Shown piece after piece: positions 30,569 to 41,177 of a stretch of 64,000 bases of DNA. Under the pieces are notes generated by a model, which made no database searches, was not told where the DNA came from, and saw nothing but the letters and a program-made list of their open reading frames with translations. The position numbers were made by a program, and so were the translations under genes. Within the stretch, counting starts at the first letter, position 1, and the number at the start of each line of letters is the position of its first letter. The stretch spans positions 1 to 64,000 of IMG/VR virus record IMGVR_UViG_3300009103_000001; one strand, 5' to 3'.

Positions 30569-31411
30569 TTGTCTAAAAAAAAAATGATAAAAACTAAAGA
30601 GTACAATTCCCTAGTTCAGAAACTAAGGGAATTTTTTTTGCAAAAGGGGTTTCTAGAAGTACCCGTTCAATCTAGATTATCAATATTAGCAGCATGTGAA
30701 GACCCATATACGGTTAAGAAGTTTAAGTGGAAAGGTAATGATTGGCCTTTACCACAAACAGGCCAAATGTGGTTAGAACATGAATTACTATCCAATCCTA
30801 GTGAAAATGGTTTTTTCTGTATATCAACATCATACAGACACGAACCAAATCCCATTCCTGGTAGACATGAAACTATATTCCCAATGTTTGAATTTGAAGC
30901 AAAAGGTGATATGGGTGAGTTAATTAAAATGGAATTTGAACTATTAGAACACTTAGGGTTAGATACACCTAAAAGATTGTATTATGATAATATTTGTAAA
31001 GAATATAACATAGACATTTTAGAAACTGAACATGAAACTAAGATGTGGGAAGATTTTGGTTCATCTGTTTCATTAGAGTATTTTCCAGAAAGAACTTCAC
31101 CTTTTTGGAACATGAAACATGGTGGTGATGGAATATTCAATAAAGTAGATGTGATATTATTTGGTCAAGAAACAATTGGTTCAGCCGAAAGAGCAACTAA
31201 TAAAGATGAAATGAGGTATTATTTCAATACTATATCAGATGGTGGTTATAAAAATAAATTATATGATTTATTTGGAGAAAAAAGGGTAAATGAAGAATTA
31301 GAAAAATATTTATCTTTTGATTTTTTTCCTAGATTTGGTGGCGGTATTGGTGTAACTAGACTTTTAAGGGCAATGAAGTTACAAGAAAAAAATATGTTAG
31401 TGACAGTATAG
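30569..31411 (+). CDS. Class IIb aaRS (AsnRS/AspRS-like) catalytic domain only
   Basis: FF..KGFLEV, LPQTGQ, SYRHE...RHE..F.M.E.E, ETIGSAER, GGGIGVTRL; no N-terminal OB domain. Confidence 0.85.
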   Translation: MSKKKMIKTKEYNSLVQKLREFFLQKGFLEVPVQSRLSILAACEDPYTVKKFKWKGNDWPLPQTGQMWLEHELLSNPSENGFFCISTSYRHEPNPIPGRHETIFPMFEFEAKGDMGELIKMEFELLEHLGLDTPKRLYYDNICKEYNIDILETEHETKMWEDFGSSVSLEYFPERTSPFWNMKHGGDGIFNKVDVILFGQETIGSAERATNKDEMRYYFNTISDGGYKNKLYDLFGEKRVNEELEKYLSFDFFPRFGGGIGVTRLLRAMKLQEKNMLVTV

Positions 31412-31603
31412 GTATTGAATGTTAGAATTATTATTCTTATTTTTAATATATGAATAAGAATAATAAAACATGTCCAGATTGCGGGGTAGAAATGTCTTTA
31501 ATACATTCACCTTATATTGGTAATTGTACCAAAAAATACAGTAAAATTAAAAGTTTATTGTTAGAAGTTACAGAAGTACAAAATAATTGATATTTATTTT
31601 TAG

Positions 31604-32935
31604 ATGTTATTTAAAAGAATATTAAATACTATAATTTTATTATTATTTTGTATAAGTATTAAAGCACAGTTACCTAATGATGATTGTAATAATGCAACAC
31701 CATTAGGTAATCTACCAAATCCCGCAAATTGTGGTAACGGACCAAACAACAACGGTCAAGGTGCACCAGTTACATTTAATAATCTTACAAATGTAAATTC
31801 CCAAACAGAAACTCCTTATACTACTTTAATTAATTGCCAAGGTACTATAGGAAATAATATGGCATCACCGGCTACAGATGTTTGGTATTCATTTGTCGCA
31901 ACAGGTAATTCCTTAGATTTAACTATTACTGGAGGAATTAACCAACCAAATGTTGGAATATGGACAGGTAATTGCGGTGCATTAATTGGTGTTGGATGTG
32001 ACATTGGTGCAGGTGGTAATTTAAATACTACCGCACAATTAACCCCAGGTCAAACTTATTATATTCAAGTTAGTGGTGGGAATCCTGCCGACCAAGGTGT
32101 ATTCGATTTAACTTTACAAAACAATAATAGTTGTGACGATTGTTTATTATCGTCCACAATGACTGTTACACCATTACCAACAAATGGTGTATACCAAGCA
32201 GGGACTACTGTAACTTTTTGTTTTACTGTTACAGAATGGTCTCAAGAAAATCAAAACTGGTTTCATGGTGTTGTACCAATTATGGGTGCCGGTTGGGGAC
32301 CAATCACACCGGTTAGTGCCGCGAATACTTGTGATGGTGGTCCTGGTGTCTGGGATTGGTTTACAAATATTGGTACACCAAATGGAAATTCCGATGGATT
32401 CTTTTTTGATGGTGATTTATTCAATAATCCAAATGGAAATCCAGATGATAACTATGGGGATAATTGTAATGGTAATGTCAATTGGGAATTTTGTTGGGAA
32501 GCAACAACTATTGATTGTCCTCCAGGTCAAGATGGGGATGATTTAAGTGTTTTTGTAGAAACATATGCAGATGGAGAAACTGGGAGTTGGGTTAATATTG
32601 CTTGTCAAAATGACCCAGTTTTTGCTTTCTCAGCAAGTTTAACATGTTGTCCACCACCATTAGAATCTCATACAGATGAAATATGTTTGGGACAAAATAA
32701 TGGTACGATAACTGTCACTGGTCAGGGAAGTAGTCCTTGGGATTATGTTTGGGAAGACCCATCTTCAAACGTGATTCAGACATCTAATAATGTTAATGGG
32801 TCGGATACCATGACAGGTTTATCTCCTGGTATATATACTGTTACTGTCACTGATGATGATGGTTGTGTACAAACGATAACAATAACTATATTGGCCGGAG
32901 GCCAAGCCATGACAAGTAGTATATGGCATAACTAA
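31604..32935 (+). CDS. Secreted adhesin-like protein with SprB-like repeat
   Basis: Signal peptide; NDDC..A; PPC-like domain; C.G..NGTI...Y.W...GL.PG.YTVTVTD..GC; ends IWHN. Confidence 0.75.
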   Translation: MLFKRILNTIILLLFCISIKAQLPNDDCNNATPLGNLPNPANCGNGPNNNGQGAPVTFNNLTNVNSQTETPYTTLINCQGTIGNNMASPATDVWYSFVATGNSLDLTITGGINQPNVGIWTGNCGALIGVGCDIGAGGNLNTTAQLTPGQTYYIQVSGGNPADQGVFDLTLQNNNSCDDCLLSSTMTVTPLPTNGVYQAGTTVTFCFTVTEWSQENQNWFHGVVPIMGAGWGPITPVSAANTCDGGPGVWDWFTNIGTPNGNSDGFFFDGDLFNNPNGNPDDNYGDNCNGNVNWEFCWEATTIDCPPGQDGDDLSVFVETYADGETGSWVNIACQNDPVFAFSASLTCCPPPLESHTDEICLGQNNGTITVTGQGSSPWDYVWEDPSSNVIQTSNNVNGSDTMTGLSPGIYTVTVTDDDGCVQTITITILAGGQAMTSSIWHN

Positions 32936-32952
32936 TAATTAATAATAAAAAA

Positions 32953-33516
32953 ATGAAAAAACTATTAATTTTATTTGGAATTTTAACATTCTTTACGACA
33001 GATTTGTTTTCACAAATCACAACTAACCCCGATACTGCTTGTGTTGGTTCGGTAGGTGAACAATATTGGGTCACAAACACTGCTGGTTCAACTTATGATT
33101 GGACAGTAACAGGTGGTGGTGGTTCAATTGCGTCAGGTCAAGGAACATCAGCAATTACAGTTGATTGGGGTAATACACCAGGACTTTACCCATCGGCTAT
33201 TACGGTAGTTGAAACTAATGCTGCTGGATGTACAGATACAGTAGATTTGGATGTATTCTTATTATTACCAACATTTACACAAATAGGTCCTTTCTGTGAA
33301 GGTGACCCATGTGAAATATTAGATGGTACACCAGCTGGTGGTGTATGGACTGGCACAGGAGTAGTATTTGACCCAGTAACAGGGAATTATGAATTCTGTC
33401 CAACAACATCTGGTAATGGTACATTCAATTTAACATACACAGTTGGTGGATGTTCTATAGTAATGACGGTAGTTGTTAACGCAGCACCAGTATTAGGACC
33501 AATAATACATAATTAA
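32953..33516 (+). CDS. Secreted PKD/Ig-like protein
   Basis: Signal peptide; Y.WTV.GG.I..GQGT..ITVDW; ends IIHN. Confidence 0.75.
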   Translation: MKKLLILFGILTFFTTDLFSQITTNPDTACVGSVGEQYWVTNTAGSTYDWTVTGGGGSIASGQGTSAITVDWGNTPGLYPSAITVVETNAAGCTDTVDLDVFLLLPTFTQIGPFCEGDPCEILDGTPAGGVWTGTGVVFDPVTGNYEFCPTTSGNGTFNLTYTVGGCSIVMTVVVNAAPVLGPIIHN

Positions 33517-34097
33517 TGTTTAGGATAATATTAATAATATTATCTTTATTACCATTATTTGGTTTGTCACAGGATGTGCAAACAATAGAATCGTGTGAAA
33601 GCTCATTATTAATCCAAGAATATTGGGTTGATGATGGGCCTAACACTTACTATTGGAGTGTAGAAAACGGTGTAATACTCAATGGTCAAGGTGAAAATTT
33701 AGTTACTATAGATTGGAACAATACTCCTTTTGGTCAATATCTTTTAAGTGTATATGTTATTAGTGATGCAGGGTGTGCTGGTGATACTTCATATCTTATA
33801 ATAGATATAGATGAATGTTCATTTGACGGTATTTACATACCCAACGCATTTAGCCCAAATGGTGATGGAGTAAATGATGTTTTTGGGCCTGTAGGACAAA
33901 ATATTGAAAGGTTAGAATTATTTATTTTTAATCGTTGGGGACAACAAATATATGAATCATATCATGGAGAAGCATGGGATGGTACATTATACGATAAAAT
34001 GTGTCAAATAGATGTATATGTTTGGAAGGTAAACTACAAATTTGAAGGAGAAAATTTTATGCACTATGCATATGGTCATGTAAGTTTAATTAGATAA
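33516..34097 (+). CDS. Protein with T9SS type B (gliding-motility-associated) C-terminal domain
   Basis: YIPNAFSPNGDGVNDVF...IFNRWGQ.IY...WDG...G.V.LIR. Confidence 0.92.
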   Translation: MFRIILIILSLLPLFGLSQDVQTIESCESSLLIQEYWVDDGPNTYYWSVENGVILNGQGENLVTIDWNNTPFGQYLLSVYVISDAGCAGDTSYLIIDIDECSFDGIYIPNAFSPNGDGVNDVFGPVGQNIERLELFIFNRWGQQIYESYHGEAWDGTLYDKMCQIDVYVWKVNYKFEGENFMHYAYGHVSLIR

Positions 34098-34107
34098 ATG
34101 TTTTAAA

Positions 34108-34701
34108 ATGAGAACACTTCTTTTAATATTTCTAATATTAAAGGTAAACATTTTATTCTCACAAATAATATGGATAGAGGATTTTACACCTTATATTAAT
34201 GGAACACAAAATGCGTTAAAGTGGACAACTAATGCAAATAATTGTGATGCTGATGGTTTACCAGGAACTGTTGCTGATAACTATTGGGGAACATTTAACG
34301 GAGAATTTAGGTGTGAGGATATTGAAGGATTAACTTGTTGTTCTGGTGGACAAGGAGAAGCAGATAACTTATGGCTATCAGAAGATATTAACATAAATGG
34401 TTTCACAAATATATACGTTTCAATAACAACTAGGGTACAAGGAAATGTAGAATGTGCTGCTTGTGGTTTAGGTGGTGATTATTTAGAGGCATCATACCAA
34501 ATAGATGGAGGACCATGGATTCCGTTTACTACTATATGTGGAGCTACTAATGGATTTACTAATACTGATTGTATATATGTGGGTTTAGGTAACATAGTTA
34601 AAATTCGTGTTATATTAGGGAATCAAGCAAACGATGAGGTTTATTATTTTGATGATGTAACAGTTTATAGTACACAAAATAATGTAATTTTTCATAATTA
34701 A
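34108..34701 (+). CDS. Secreted beta-sandwich protein
   Basis: Signal peptide, Cys-rich; ends IFHN. Confidence 0.7.
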   Translation: MRTLLLIFLILKVNILFSQIIWIEDFTPYINGTQNALKWTTNANNCDADGLPGTVADNYWGTFNGEFRCEDIEGLTCCSGGQGEADNLWLSEDININGFTNIYVSITTRVQGNVECAACGLGGDYLEASYQIDGGPWIPFTTICGATNGFTNTDCIYVGLGNIVKIRVILGNQANDEVYYFDDVTVYSTQNNVIFHN

Positions 34702-34894
34702 TTTGATATATTGATTATAAATGTATAATATTAATTAATGAGACCAAAATATAATTTATTAAAACATAGGTTTAATAACCATCTTTATGATTTTATTGTG
34801 ACTGGTAATTTATCAGATGTAAGTGATGAGGATATTAGATATTTTACCCAAAGATTAATAGAATCATTAAGATTACCCCCAAATTACTACTCAT

Positions 34895-35338
34895 ATGAAT
34901 AAAGGTGATATAGTAAAATTAGTTGATGGTAGAAGAGTTACAATAGTAAGTCTACCTACATCTTTTATGGCTAACGGTTCTTATGAGGTTATAGATAATA
35001 AAACTAAATTTTGGGTCACCCCAGAAGAAATACTATATACAATAGACCAAGAAAATGATGATGATTTAGATAATTATTTTGAATGTATATTTGATGAAAA
35101 TGGTTTAAATTTAATACCTAAAAATATTATAAATATTGATATAGAATCTGACCGAGAAGATATTAATAGAATTAAATTAACTTTTAGTGATGACACCAAA
35201 CATAAGATATGTAATATCCATATTGGTGATACGGTTATAAAAGACTTAGATGGATTAACTGAACAAGCAAAAGAAGAAGAAAAAAGTAAAATAGAAAAAA
35301 TAGTAGATATTATTAAAACAAAAAAAGTAGAATTATGA
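34895..35338 (+). CDS. Hypothetical protein
   Basis: ORF track. Confidence 0.6.
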   Translation: MNKGDIVKLVDGRRVTIVSLPTSFMANGSYEVIDNKTKFWVTPEEILYTIDQENDDDLDNYFECIFDENGLNLIPKNIINIDIESDREDINRIKLTFSDDTKHKICNIHIGDTVIKDLDGLTEQAKEEEKSKIEKIVDIIKTKKVEL

Positions 35339-35601
35339 AAAAATTAATAACAATAATATTAATATCATTTAATTATATAACATATGGACAAGATAGGAAA
35401 GACAAACCAATTTCAGTTGTTTCAGAAAATAGAGATACATTATTTTTAACAAATGATGATGTGGGTTATATGATACAAAATGTTTGGGATGAAAACTATG
35501 AAAATGAAAAACCAATAATAATCATAAAGTCAGAAAATTGGATTATAACAGAATATATTAAAAGAAATGAAATAGTTTTCATAAATGAATCAAAACAATG
35601 A
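35335..35601 (+). CDS. Small secreted hypothetical protein
   Basis: Signal-peptide-like start. Confidence 0.55.
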   Translation: MKKLITIILISFNYITYGQDRKDKPISVVSENRDTLFLTNDDVGYMIQNVWDENYENEKPIIIIKSENWIITEYIKRNEIVFINESKQ

Positions 35602-36674
35602 AAAACAACATAGAACACGATTATTTAAAACTACTCAAGGATGTCCTTGAAAATGGGCAAGAAAAAAAAGATAGAACAGGAACAGGTACTATCTCTGTAT
35701 TTGGTAGACAAATCAGACACGATATGTCAAGAGGGTTCCCTCTATTAACAACAAAGAAAATGTATTGGAAAGGAATTGTAACAGAATTGTTATGGTTCTT
35801 ACGTGGTGATACAAACATCAAATACCTTGTTGATAATGATTGTCATATTTGGGATGGTGATGCGTATAAAAATTATGAAAAAAACGCTGTTGTAGGTGAT
35901 GTTATTGATAGTTACTACGAACCATCAACTGATAAATGGCATCTCTATAATAAAGAAGAACTCATAGACAAAATCAAAACAGATGAGGTTACTGAGTTTG
36001 CAAAGAAGTGGGGTGATTTAGGTCCTATCTATGGTAAACAATGGAGAGATTGGGGTGGTGATAAGTTTGTAGGTGATAACTTTCCTAACTTTAAGAATGG
36101 TATCGACCAAATCCAACGAGCAATAGACAAACTAAAAACAGACCCAGATTCTAGAAGAAATATTGTTTCAGCTTGGAATGTAGATGAGTTAGACCAAATG
36201 ACGCTTCCACCTTGTCATTATGGGTTTCAAGTTTACACAAGAGAGTTGAATTATAATGAAAAGGTACATGAAGCTAGAAAAAGGTTCGGGTTTGAATCAG
36301 AGGATGGTACTAGAACGTTTGATATTAATAGTAAAGAATCTATTGAATTTCTAAATTCATCACAAAGAGCAATCTCTCTAATGTGGAATCAACGTTCAGT
36401 CGATACATTCTTAGGTTTACCATTCAATATAGCATCTTATGGTTTACTACTTGAAATCATAGCTAAAGAAGTTAATATGGTTCCTGATGAATTGATTGGT
36501 ACTTTGGGTGATGTTCATTTATATAAGAATCATATCGAACAAGCGAAGGAACAATTAACTAGAGAACCTATGGAATTACCTAAATTAAATATAGTAAATA
36601 AAACATCCAACAATGAAATATTGATTGAAAATTATCAATCACACCCAACAATTAAAGCAGAATTATCTAATTAA
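35598..36674 (+). CDS. thyA: Thymidylate synthase
   Basis: DRTGTGT, FPLLTTK, LGPIYGKQWR, LPPCH, QRSVD.FLG.PFNIASY, GDVHLY.NH. Confidence 0.98.
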   Translation: MKNNIEHDYLKLLKDVLENGQEKKDRTGTGTISVFGRQIRHDMSRGFPLLTTKKMYWKGIVTELLWFLRGDTNIKYLVDNDCHIWDGDAYKNYEKNAVVGDVIDSYYEPSTDKWHLYNKEELIDKIKTDEVTEFAKKWGDLGPIYGKQWRDWGGDKFVGDNFPNFKNGIDQIQRAIDKLKTDPDSRRNIVSAWNVDELDQMTLPPCHYGFQVYTRELNYNEKVHEARKRFGFESEDGTRTFDINSKESIEFLNSSQRAISLMWNQRSVDTFLGLPFNIASYGLLLEIIAKEVNMVPDELIGTLGDVHLYKNHIEQAKEQLTREPMELPKLNIVNKTSNNEILIENYQSHPTIKAELSN

Positions 36675-36678
36675 TACT

Positions 36679-36912
36679 ATGACAAAAAGACAAAAAATAC
36701 TTTTAATAACATATTGGGGATTAATTTTTTTAAGTTGTGGTTGTGTAACATCTAAAAGAACAAAACCTTGTAATCAATGCCCACAATATAGTTTTATAAG
36801 TTATGATACAACAATTATAACCATACCACATTATAACTATAATAAAATGTGTTTCCCAGGATATAAAACAAAATTAATTACTGAAGAAGAGATTATAATA
36901 GAAAAGTTATAA
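36679..36912 (+). CDS. Small lipoprotein
   Basis: MTKRQKILL...FLSCGC (start moved from track 36625). Confidence 0.55.
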   Translation: MTKRQKILLITYWGLIFLSCGCVTSKRTKPCNQCPQYSFISYDTTIITIPHYNYNKMCFPGYKTKLITEEEIIIEKL

Positions 36913-36972
36913 TATAGCAAAAAAAATGTGAATATAAATTTATACTCACATTATTAACCCATATCTATATTA

Positions 36973-37755
36973 CTATATAAATGTATGTCTAAAGGGACTT
37001 TGTCTATCCGAAGTAATTTGTTCAACTTGTTCAAATATTTCGGTAGCTCTTGGTATGTATCTCATTCTACCTTCAGCTAATCTATAAGACAATTTAACTT
37101 TGTTTTCACCTCTACGATTTTTACTAAAGATTAAATAACGATTTGTTTCATGTTCATCATTAATAACATATAACATACCTGTTGTATCAAACTCAATAGA
37201 AGAATCACCCTTAAACGTACCAGATTTTGTGGCTTGTTGAATAACCATAAAAGATGTGTAAGTGTTTGTTGGGTTATTACCCTTTTTATGTTTGAACATT
37301 AAGTCCATAACCCATTTATAACTTTGTTTAGCGTTTAAAGAAGTTGTAGCTTGTATTCTTTGAGATAGAACTTCCAAACTATCTATTAAAATACCATCCC
37401 AACCTTCATTTAAAGTATCGGTTAAAACTTGTTTTGGGTCTTCACAACCAGCTAAATATAATGTATCCAAATCACGTAGACCGTGGATTTTCATTGACAA
37501 TTCGTAATTATCAATTTCATCTTGTTCACCAGAAATATATAAGAACTTCTTTGTTTCATTATTTCTTTGTAGTCTATGTAATGTGTCAATAGCCCAAGAT
37601 GTTTTACCACTACCAGCACCACCAACCACAACATAAATACATGAAGGTAATAAACCCCCTCTATCAGAAATAAAATTATCTAATATGGTATTGGTCTTCA
37701 TAGGTACTAAAACTTCTTGTGGTATCTCTAAATCTCTTAATTTGACTATTTTCAT
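36973..37755 (-). CDS. RecA-family ATPase, RadA/Sms-like core only
   Basis: GGAGSGKT, LYISGEQ, LIDSL, Q.TKSG.F.G.S...FD, KNRRG; no Zn-finger or Lon domain. Confidence 0.8.
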   Translation of the reverse strand: MKIVKLRDLEIPQEVLVPMKTNTILDNFISDRGGLLPSCIYVVVGGAGSGKTSWAIDTLHRLQRNNETKKFLYISGEQDEIDNYELSMKIHGLRDLDTLYLAGCEDPKQVLTDTLNEGWDGILIDSLEVLSQRIQATTSLNAKQSYKWVMDLMFKHKKGNNPTNTYTSFMVIQQATKSGTFKGDSSIEFDTTGMLYVINDEHETNRYLIFSKNRRGENKVKLSYRLAEGRMRYIPRATEIFEQVEQITSDRQSPFRHTFI

Positions 37756-37795
37756 TGGTTAATATATTATAAGGTTATTAATTTTTTACTTTGTA

Positions 37796-37826
37796 CAAAT
37801 ATAGTTAAAAAAAATAATATGGCCAA
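37796..37826 (-). promoter_or_regulatory. Bacteroidota-type promoter
   Basis: TTG-20 nt-TATATTTG upstream of 37755. Confidence 0.6.
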
Positions 37827-37885
37827 GTAAAAAACTAGATATTTAAAGGAATGCTGGCTCAGAATACGGAGGAGCTAGATAAAAT

Positions 37886-38818
37886 CTAGTTATCCAGCAA
37901 GGTGTCGTGGTGGTACTTGTCTATCTCATCTATTAACAAATAGTAACTAGGCGTTCTTTCTCTTATATCTTTTGATAAGTAATTATAGTTGAGTTTAACT
38001 TCATAAAAATCATCTATTATATTCATTACCGTCGCTTCTTGGTAACCAGAAATTCGTCCCATTTTTACGTAATCTACAGTATTTACATAATAATGATAAC
38101 CATTTATTGGCTCTATAGTATCACCTATATTGTATCTATATGGGTTGACATCCTTAACCCAATCTAAGTCAGATTCATTTATTTTATTGGGTTTTATATC
38201 ACTCCAATATATTACTTCTATGTTTTCTTCAATAGAATTTTCAATATCATCATCTGATAATTTTTTTTCTGTGTCTTTATAAAAAGTTAACAGTCCCCTC
38301 ATTGCCCCCAGAAAATGATGTATACTATTTATTTTATATGGTAATATTTTTTGTCCACCACTGTTCCAATTATACCCTAAATTAAATAATGTTTTTTGTA
38401 TTTCTTCACTTTCTTTTGAACTTGATGGGTCTATGTCATTAACTAAAACCCATTCAGTATCCATATTTAAAGCGGTGTTTGTGTCCTCAATCCATTTCAT
38501 ATCATTGGATTCATTCACATCTTTAGGGTATTGTAAATGGTCTGGTGTGGGTACTGAGTTTGGTGGTGCTGTTTCTCCTGTGCATAATTTTAATTTGCCT
38601 TCTTTATTTTGAATATAAAGAGCTGTTAAATCCCAAATTTGTCCATGGCCTTTTTTACTTCTAACAATTACTGTGTTTCTCGGTACATCTATATGTTCAA
38701 TAGTCCAATCAACTCCCTTACTGCTTTTAATACAAGAGCCGGCAATAATAGTACTGGGGACTTCTTTAGCCCAACTAAAATCTTTTATTGATTCTCTTAT
38801 AATTCTTTTTATATTCAC
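37886..38818 (-). CDS. Leader-family modular protein, 3 modules
   Basis: GTG 38818 after minus-strand GATATTTATT; NIKRIIRESIKDFSWAKE; VNESNDMKWIED; INESDLDWVKD. Confidence 0.8.
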   Translation of the reverse strand: MNIKRIIRESIKDFSWAKEVPSTIIAGSCIKSSKGVDWTIEHIDVPRNTVIVRSKKGHGQIWDLTALYIQNKEGKLKLCTGETAPPNSVPTPDHLQYPKDVNESNDMKWIEDTNTALNMDTEWVLVNDIDPSSSKESEEIQKTLFNLGYNWNSGGQKILPYKINSIHHFLGAMRGLLTFYKDTEKKLSDDDIENSIEENIEVIYWSDIKPNKINESDLDWVKDVNPYRYNIGDTIEPINGYHYYVNTVDYVKMGRISGYQEATVMNIIDDFYEVKLNYNYLSKDIRERTPSYYLLIDEIDKYHHDTLLDN

Positions 38819-38924
38819 AATTTTATTATTATAATAATAAATATCATTAAAACATGTAATAATAAACACCACTATATCTTAACATAACAAACACTTTTTA
38901 TACGGTAAAGATATTTATGAATAT

Positions 38925-41177
38925 ATGAATATTAAAAGACATATAAAAGAAGAAATTAATAAATCTGAAAGTGACTTTGATTGGGTATCTGACCAGGACC
39001 CAAACAATATTCATATAAGAAATTTAGAAAAAGGGATGGAAGTAATGGTTAGTTGTCGTTCTTCTAATGGTCGTGAGAAATTCCCTTCAGTATTGAATAG
39101 AAAACTTACAGTAGATTATATATATGATGATTATAGAGAAGGGTCAATCTGTGTTCACTTTAATGATATGGGTGGTATAAAATATCCTTTTGGTTATAAC
39201 CGTGAACCATTAATACCTGGGTTAAGTATATGTGAAAGTTTGGGGTGTAATTTTAAACTTATTAAATATATCGATGAATCTGATACTAGTAATAAATCAA
39301 AAGACATGCAGTGGGTTAAAGATGTTAAACCAATTAAAATAGGTGATTGTTTAAGAGGACGTTTTTATCGGGAGATTCTCCCATATCAAAACACATATAT
39401 TGTAACAGACATTCTGTTTTCAGTAATACAGTTAAAGATTATACCAAATGCATATCATAATGCTACAATTACAAAACCAATAACTGAAGTTATAAACGCA
39501 ATAGAAAAGGGTTATATGGTGGTATGTGATTGTCTTGAAGATTGTCATGAAAATATAAATGAATCAGAATCTAATATGGATTGGATTAAAGATGTTCCAG
39601 ATAAATTACCTTTAATTCATGATAGGACTAAAATTGGTTTAAAAGATTTTTTAATGGATTTTATGGAGGATAAATCATCTGGAGTATTGGAGGGATTATA
39701 TGATTCAGAACAATATAAACCAACAGATGAATATTTTGATAATATAGAAGCTGAATATGGTCCAGCTCATTGGGAAAATGAAGGGTTAGGTGATTGGGTA
39801 GATTATGATTGGAAAGAACATGGTTATTGGACAAATCATGATGGTACTCCATGGGTTGGTAATTTCGATTTGTTAGAAGAATTAGAAATGGGTTGTGATT
39901 CATGGGAATTTATTGAACGCAAAACAGATGATTATGATTTAGAGTACGGTGGTTGGAATGATTCATTTATATTTAAAAGAAAACGAGACGGTAGATATTT
40001 TTCTTTAATGGTGGGAGGTAGTTATCAAGATGGGATAGAAGACCATTGGGATTTTTTATATGAAGTTTTTCCCCAAATGAAATTAGTTTATGAATCTGAT
40101 AATATAAAAAAAGTAATAAGGAAAGAAATAAATGAATCTGATTTTGAATGGATAGACCATGATAGTCCTTTGGATGATATTAGTTTTAAAACACAATGGA
40201 AAGGAATACACACTCCAGTTTTTACTATTAAAGATAATGGAGACCCTAATTGGGTGTCAATTACTTGGATTAATTCTAGTGGGGTAAAACAAGAGTCAAC
40301 TTATGTACGAAATACTGTTAATAAATTTTTTAGAGAAGGTACATGGATACCTATAAATAACACCCGTTATAATTCTATCACAATAAAAGAATCTAAGGGT
40401 TTAGATTGGATGAATAATTTCCAATGGACTGCTGACATGTTATTATCTATGTTAGAAAATTGTAATGAGATTAAAGTTAGTAATTATAATTTAAAAAATG
40501 ATAAACCTTATACGATAAGAGGTAAAAATTTTCCTATTTATACATTAACTAGATGTGAAGAATGGTGGGATAAGTTTTCCCAAATACCATTAGATAAGAA
40601 TAATCGTGGTCCAGCTGAGTGGTATGATGATTATGATGAGGGTAGGATAGGTTTAATATCTACTTATGGACCTAAATATAAAAATATTAGGGATATTAAT
40701 TTGGAAGACATTGACCAGCGTTGGGGTTGGACTATTTCCCAAACACCACAACAAATAGTTAATTCCTTAAATGGTAAAGGTGGTGAACTTTATATTTTAT
40801 TAGATGAAAATCATAGACCTATTTATGACTTAATCCCTAAAGAATATAGAGAAAAAATTAAATCAAAATGGGAAGATTATTTTTATGATGAAAATTTAAA
40901 AAATACTATAAAAGAAGAAATTAAAAGACCATCAGAAAAAGAATTCAAACAGGCGTTAAAAGACATTCTTACCTTAATCCCTTCTTTATCTCACCAAAGA
41001 ATACATGATGAAGGTTTGGAACATGATAGTGAAACAATGATAAGATTAAATAAAGAAATCTTAGAAAAGGTGAAAGAAGGTGATGATGAGGTTTTGGACG
41101 AATTATGGGAAATATCGGGCACTTTGATAATGAAAAACGCAATTAATATAATTACTTTTTATACAAAATGGATTTAA
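38925..41177 (+). CDS. Leader-family modular protein, about 6 modules
   Basis: MNIKRHIKEE...DFDW; linkers IDES..MQWVKD, INES..MDWIKD, INESDFEW, IKESKGLDW. Confidence 0.8.
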   Translation: MNIKRHIKEEINKSESDFDWVSDQDPNNIHIRNLEKGMEVMVSCRSSNGREKFPSVLNRKLTVDYIYDDYREGSICVHFNDMGGIKYPFGYNREPLIPGLSICESLGCNFKLIKYIDESDTSNKSKDMQWVKDVKPIKIGDCLRGRFYREILPYQNTYIVTDILFSVIQLKIIPNAYHNATITKPITEVINAIEKGYMVVCDCLEDCHENINESESNMDWIKDVPDKLPLIHDRTKIGLKDFLMDFMEDKSSGVLEGLYDSEQYKPTDEYFDNIEAEYGPAHWENEGLGDWVDYDWKEHGYWTNHDGTPWVGNFDLLEELEMGCDSWEFIERKTDDYDLEYGGWNDSFIFKRKRDGRYFSLMVGGSYQDGIEDHWDFLYEVFPQMKLVYESDNIKKVIRKEINESDFEWIDHDSPLDDISFKTQWKGIHTPVFTIKDNGDPNWVSITWINSSGVKQESTYVRNTVNKFFREGTWIPINNTRYNSITIKESKGLDWMNNFQWTADMLLSMLENCNEIKVSNYNLKNDKPYTIRGKNFPIYTLTRCEEWWDKFSQIPLDKNNRGPAEWYDDYDEGRIGLISTYGPKYKNIRDINLEDIDQRWGWTISQTPQQIVNSLNGKGGELYILLDENHRPIYDLIPKEYREKIKSKWEDYFYDENLKNTIKEEIKRPSEKEFKQALKDILTLIPSLSHQRIHDEGLEHDSETMIRLNKEILEKVKEGDDEVLDELWEISGTLIMKNAINIITFYTKWI

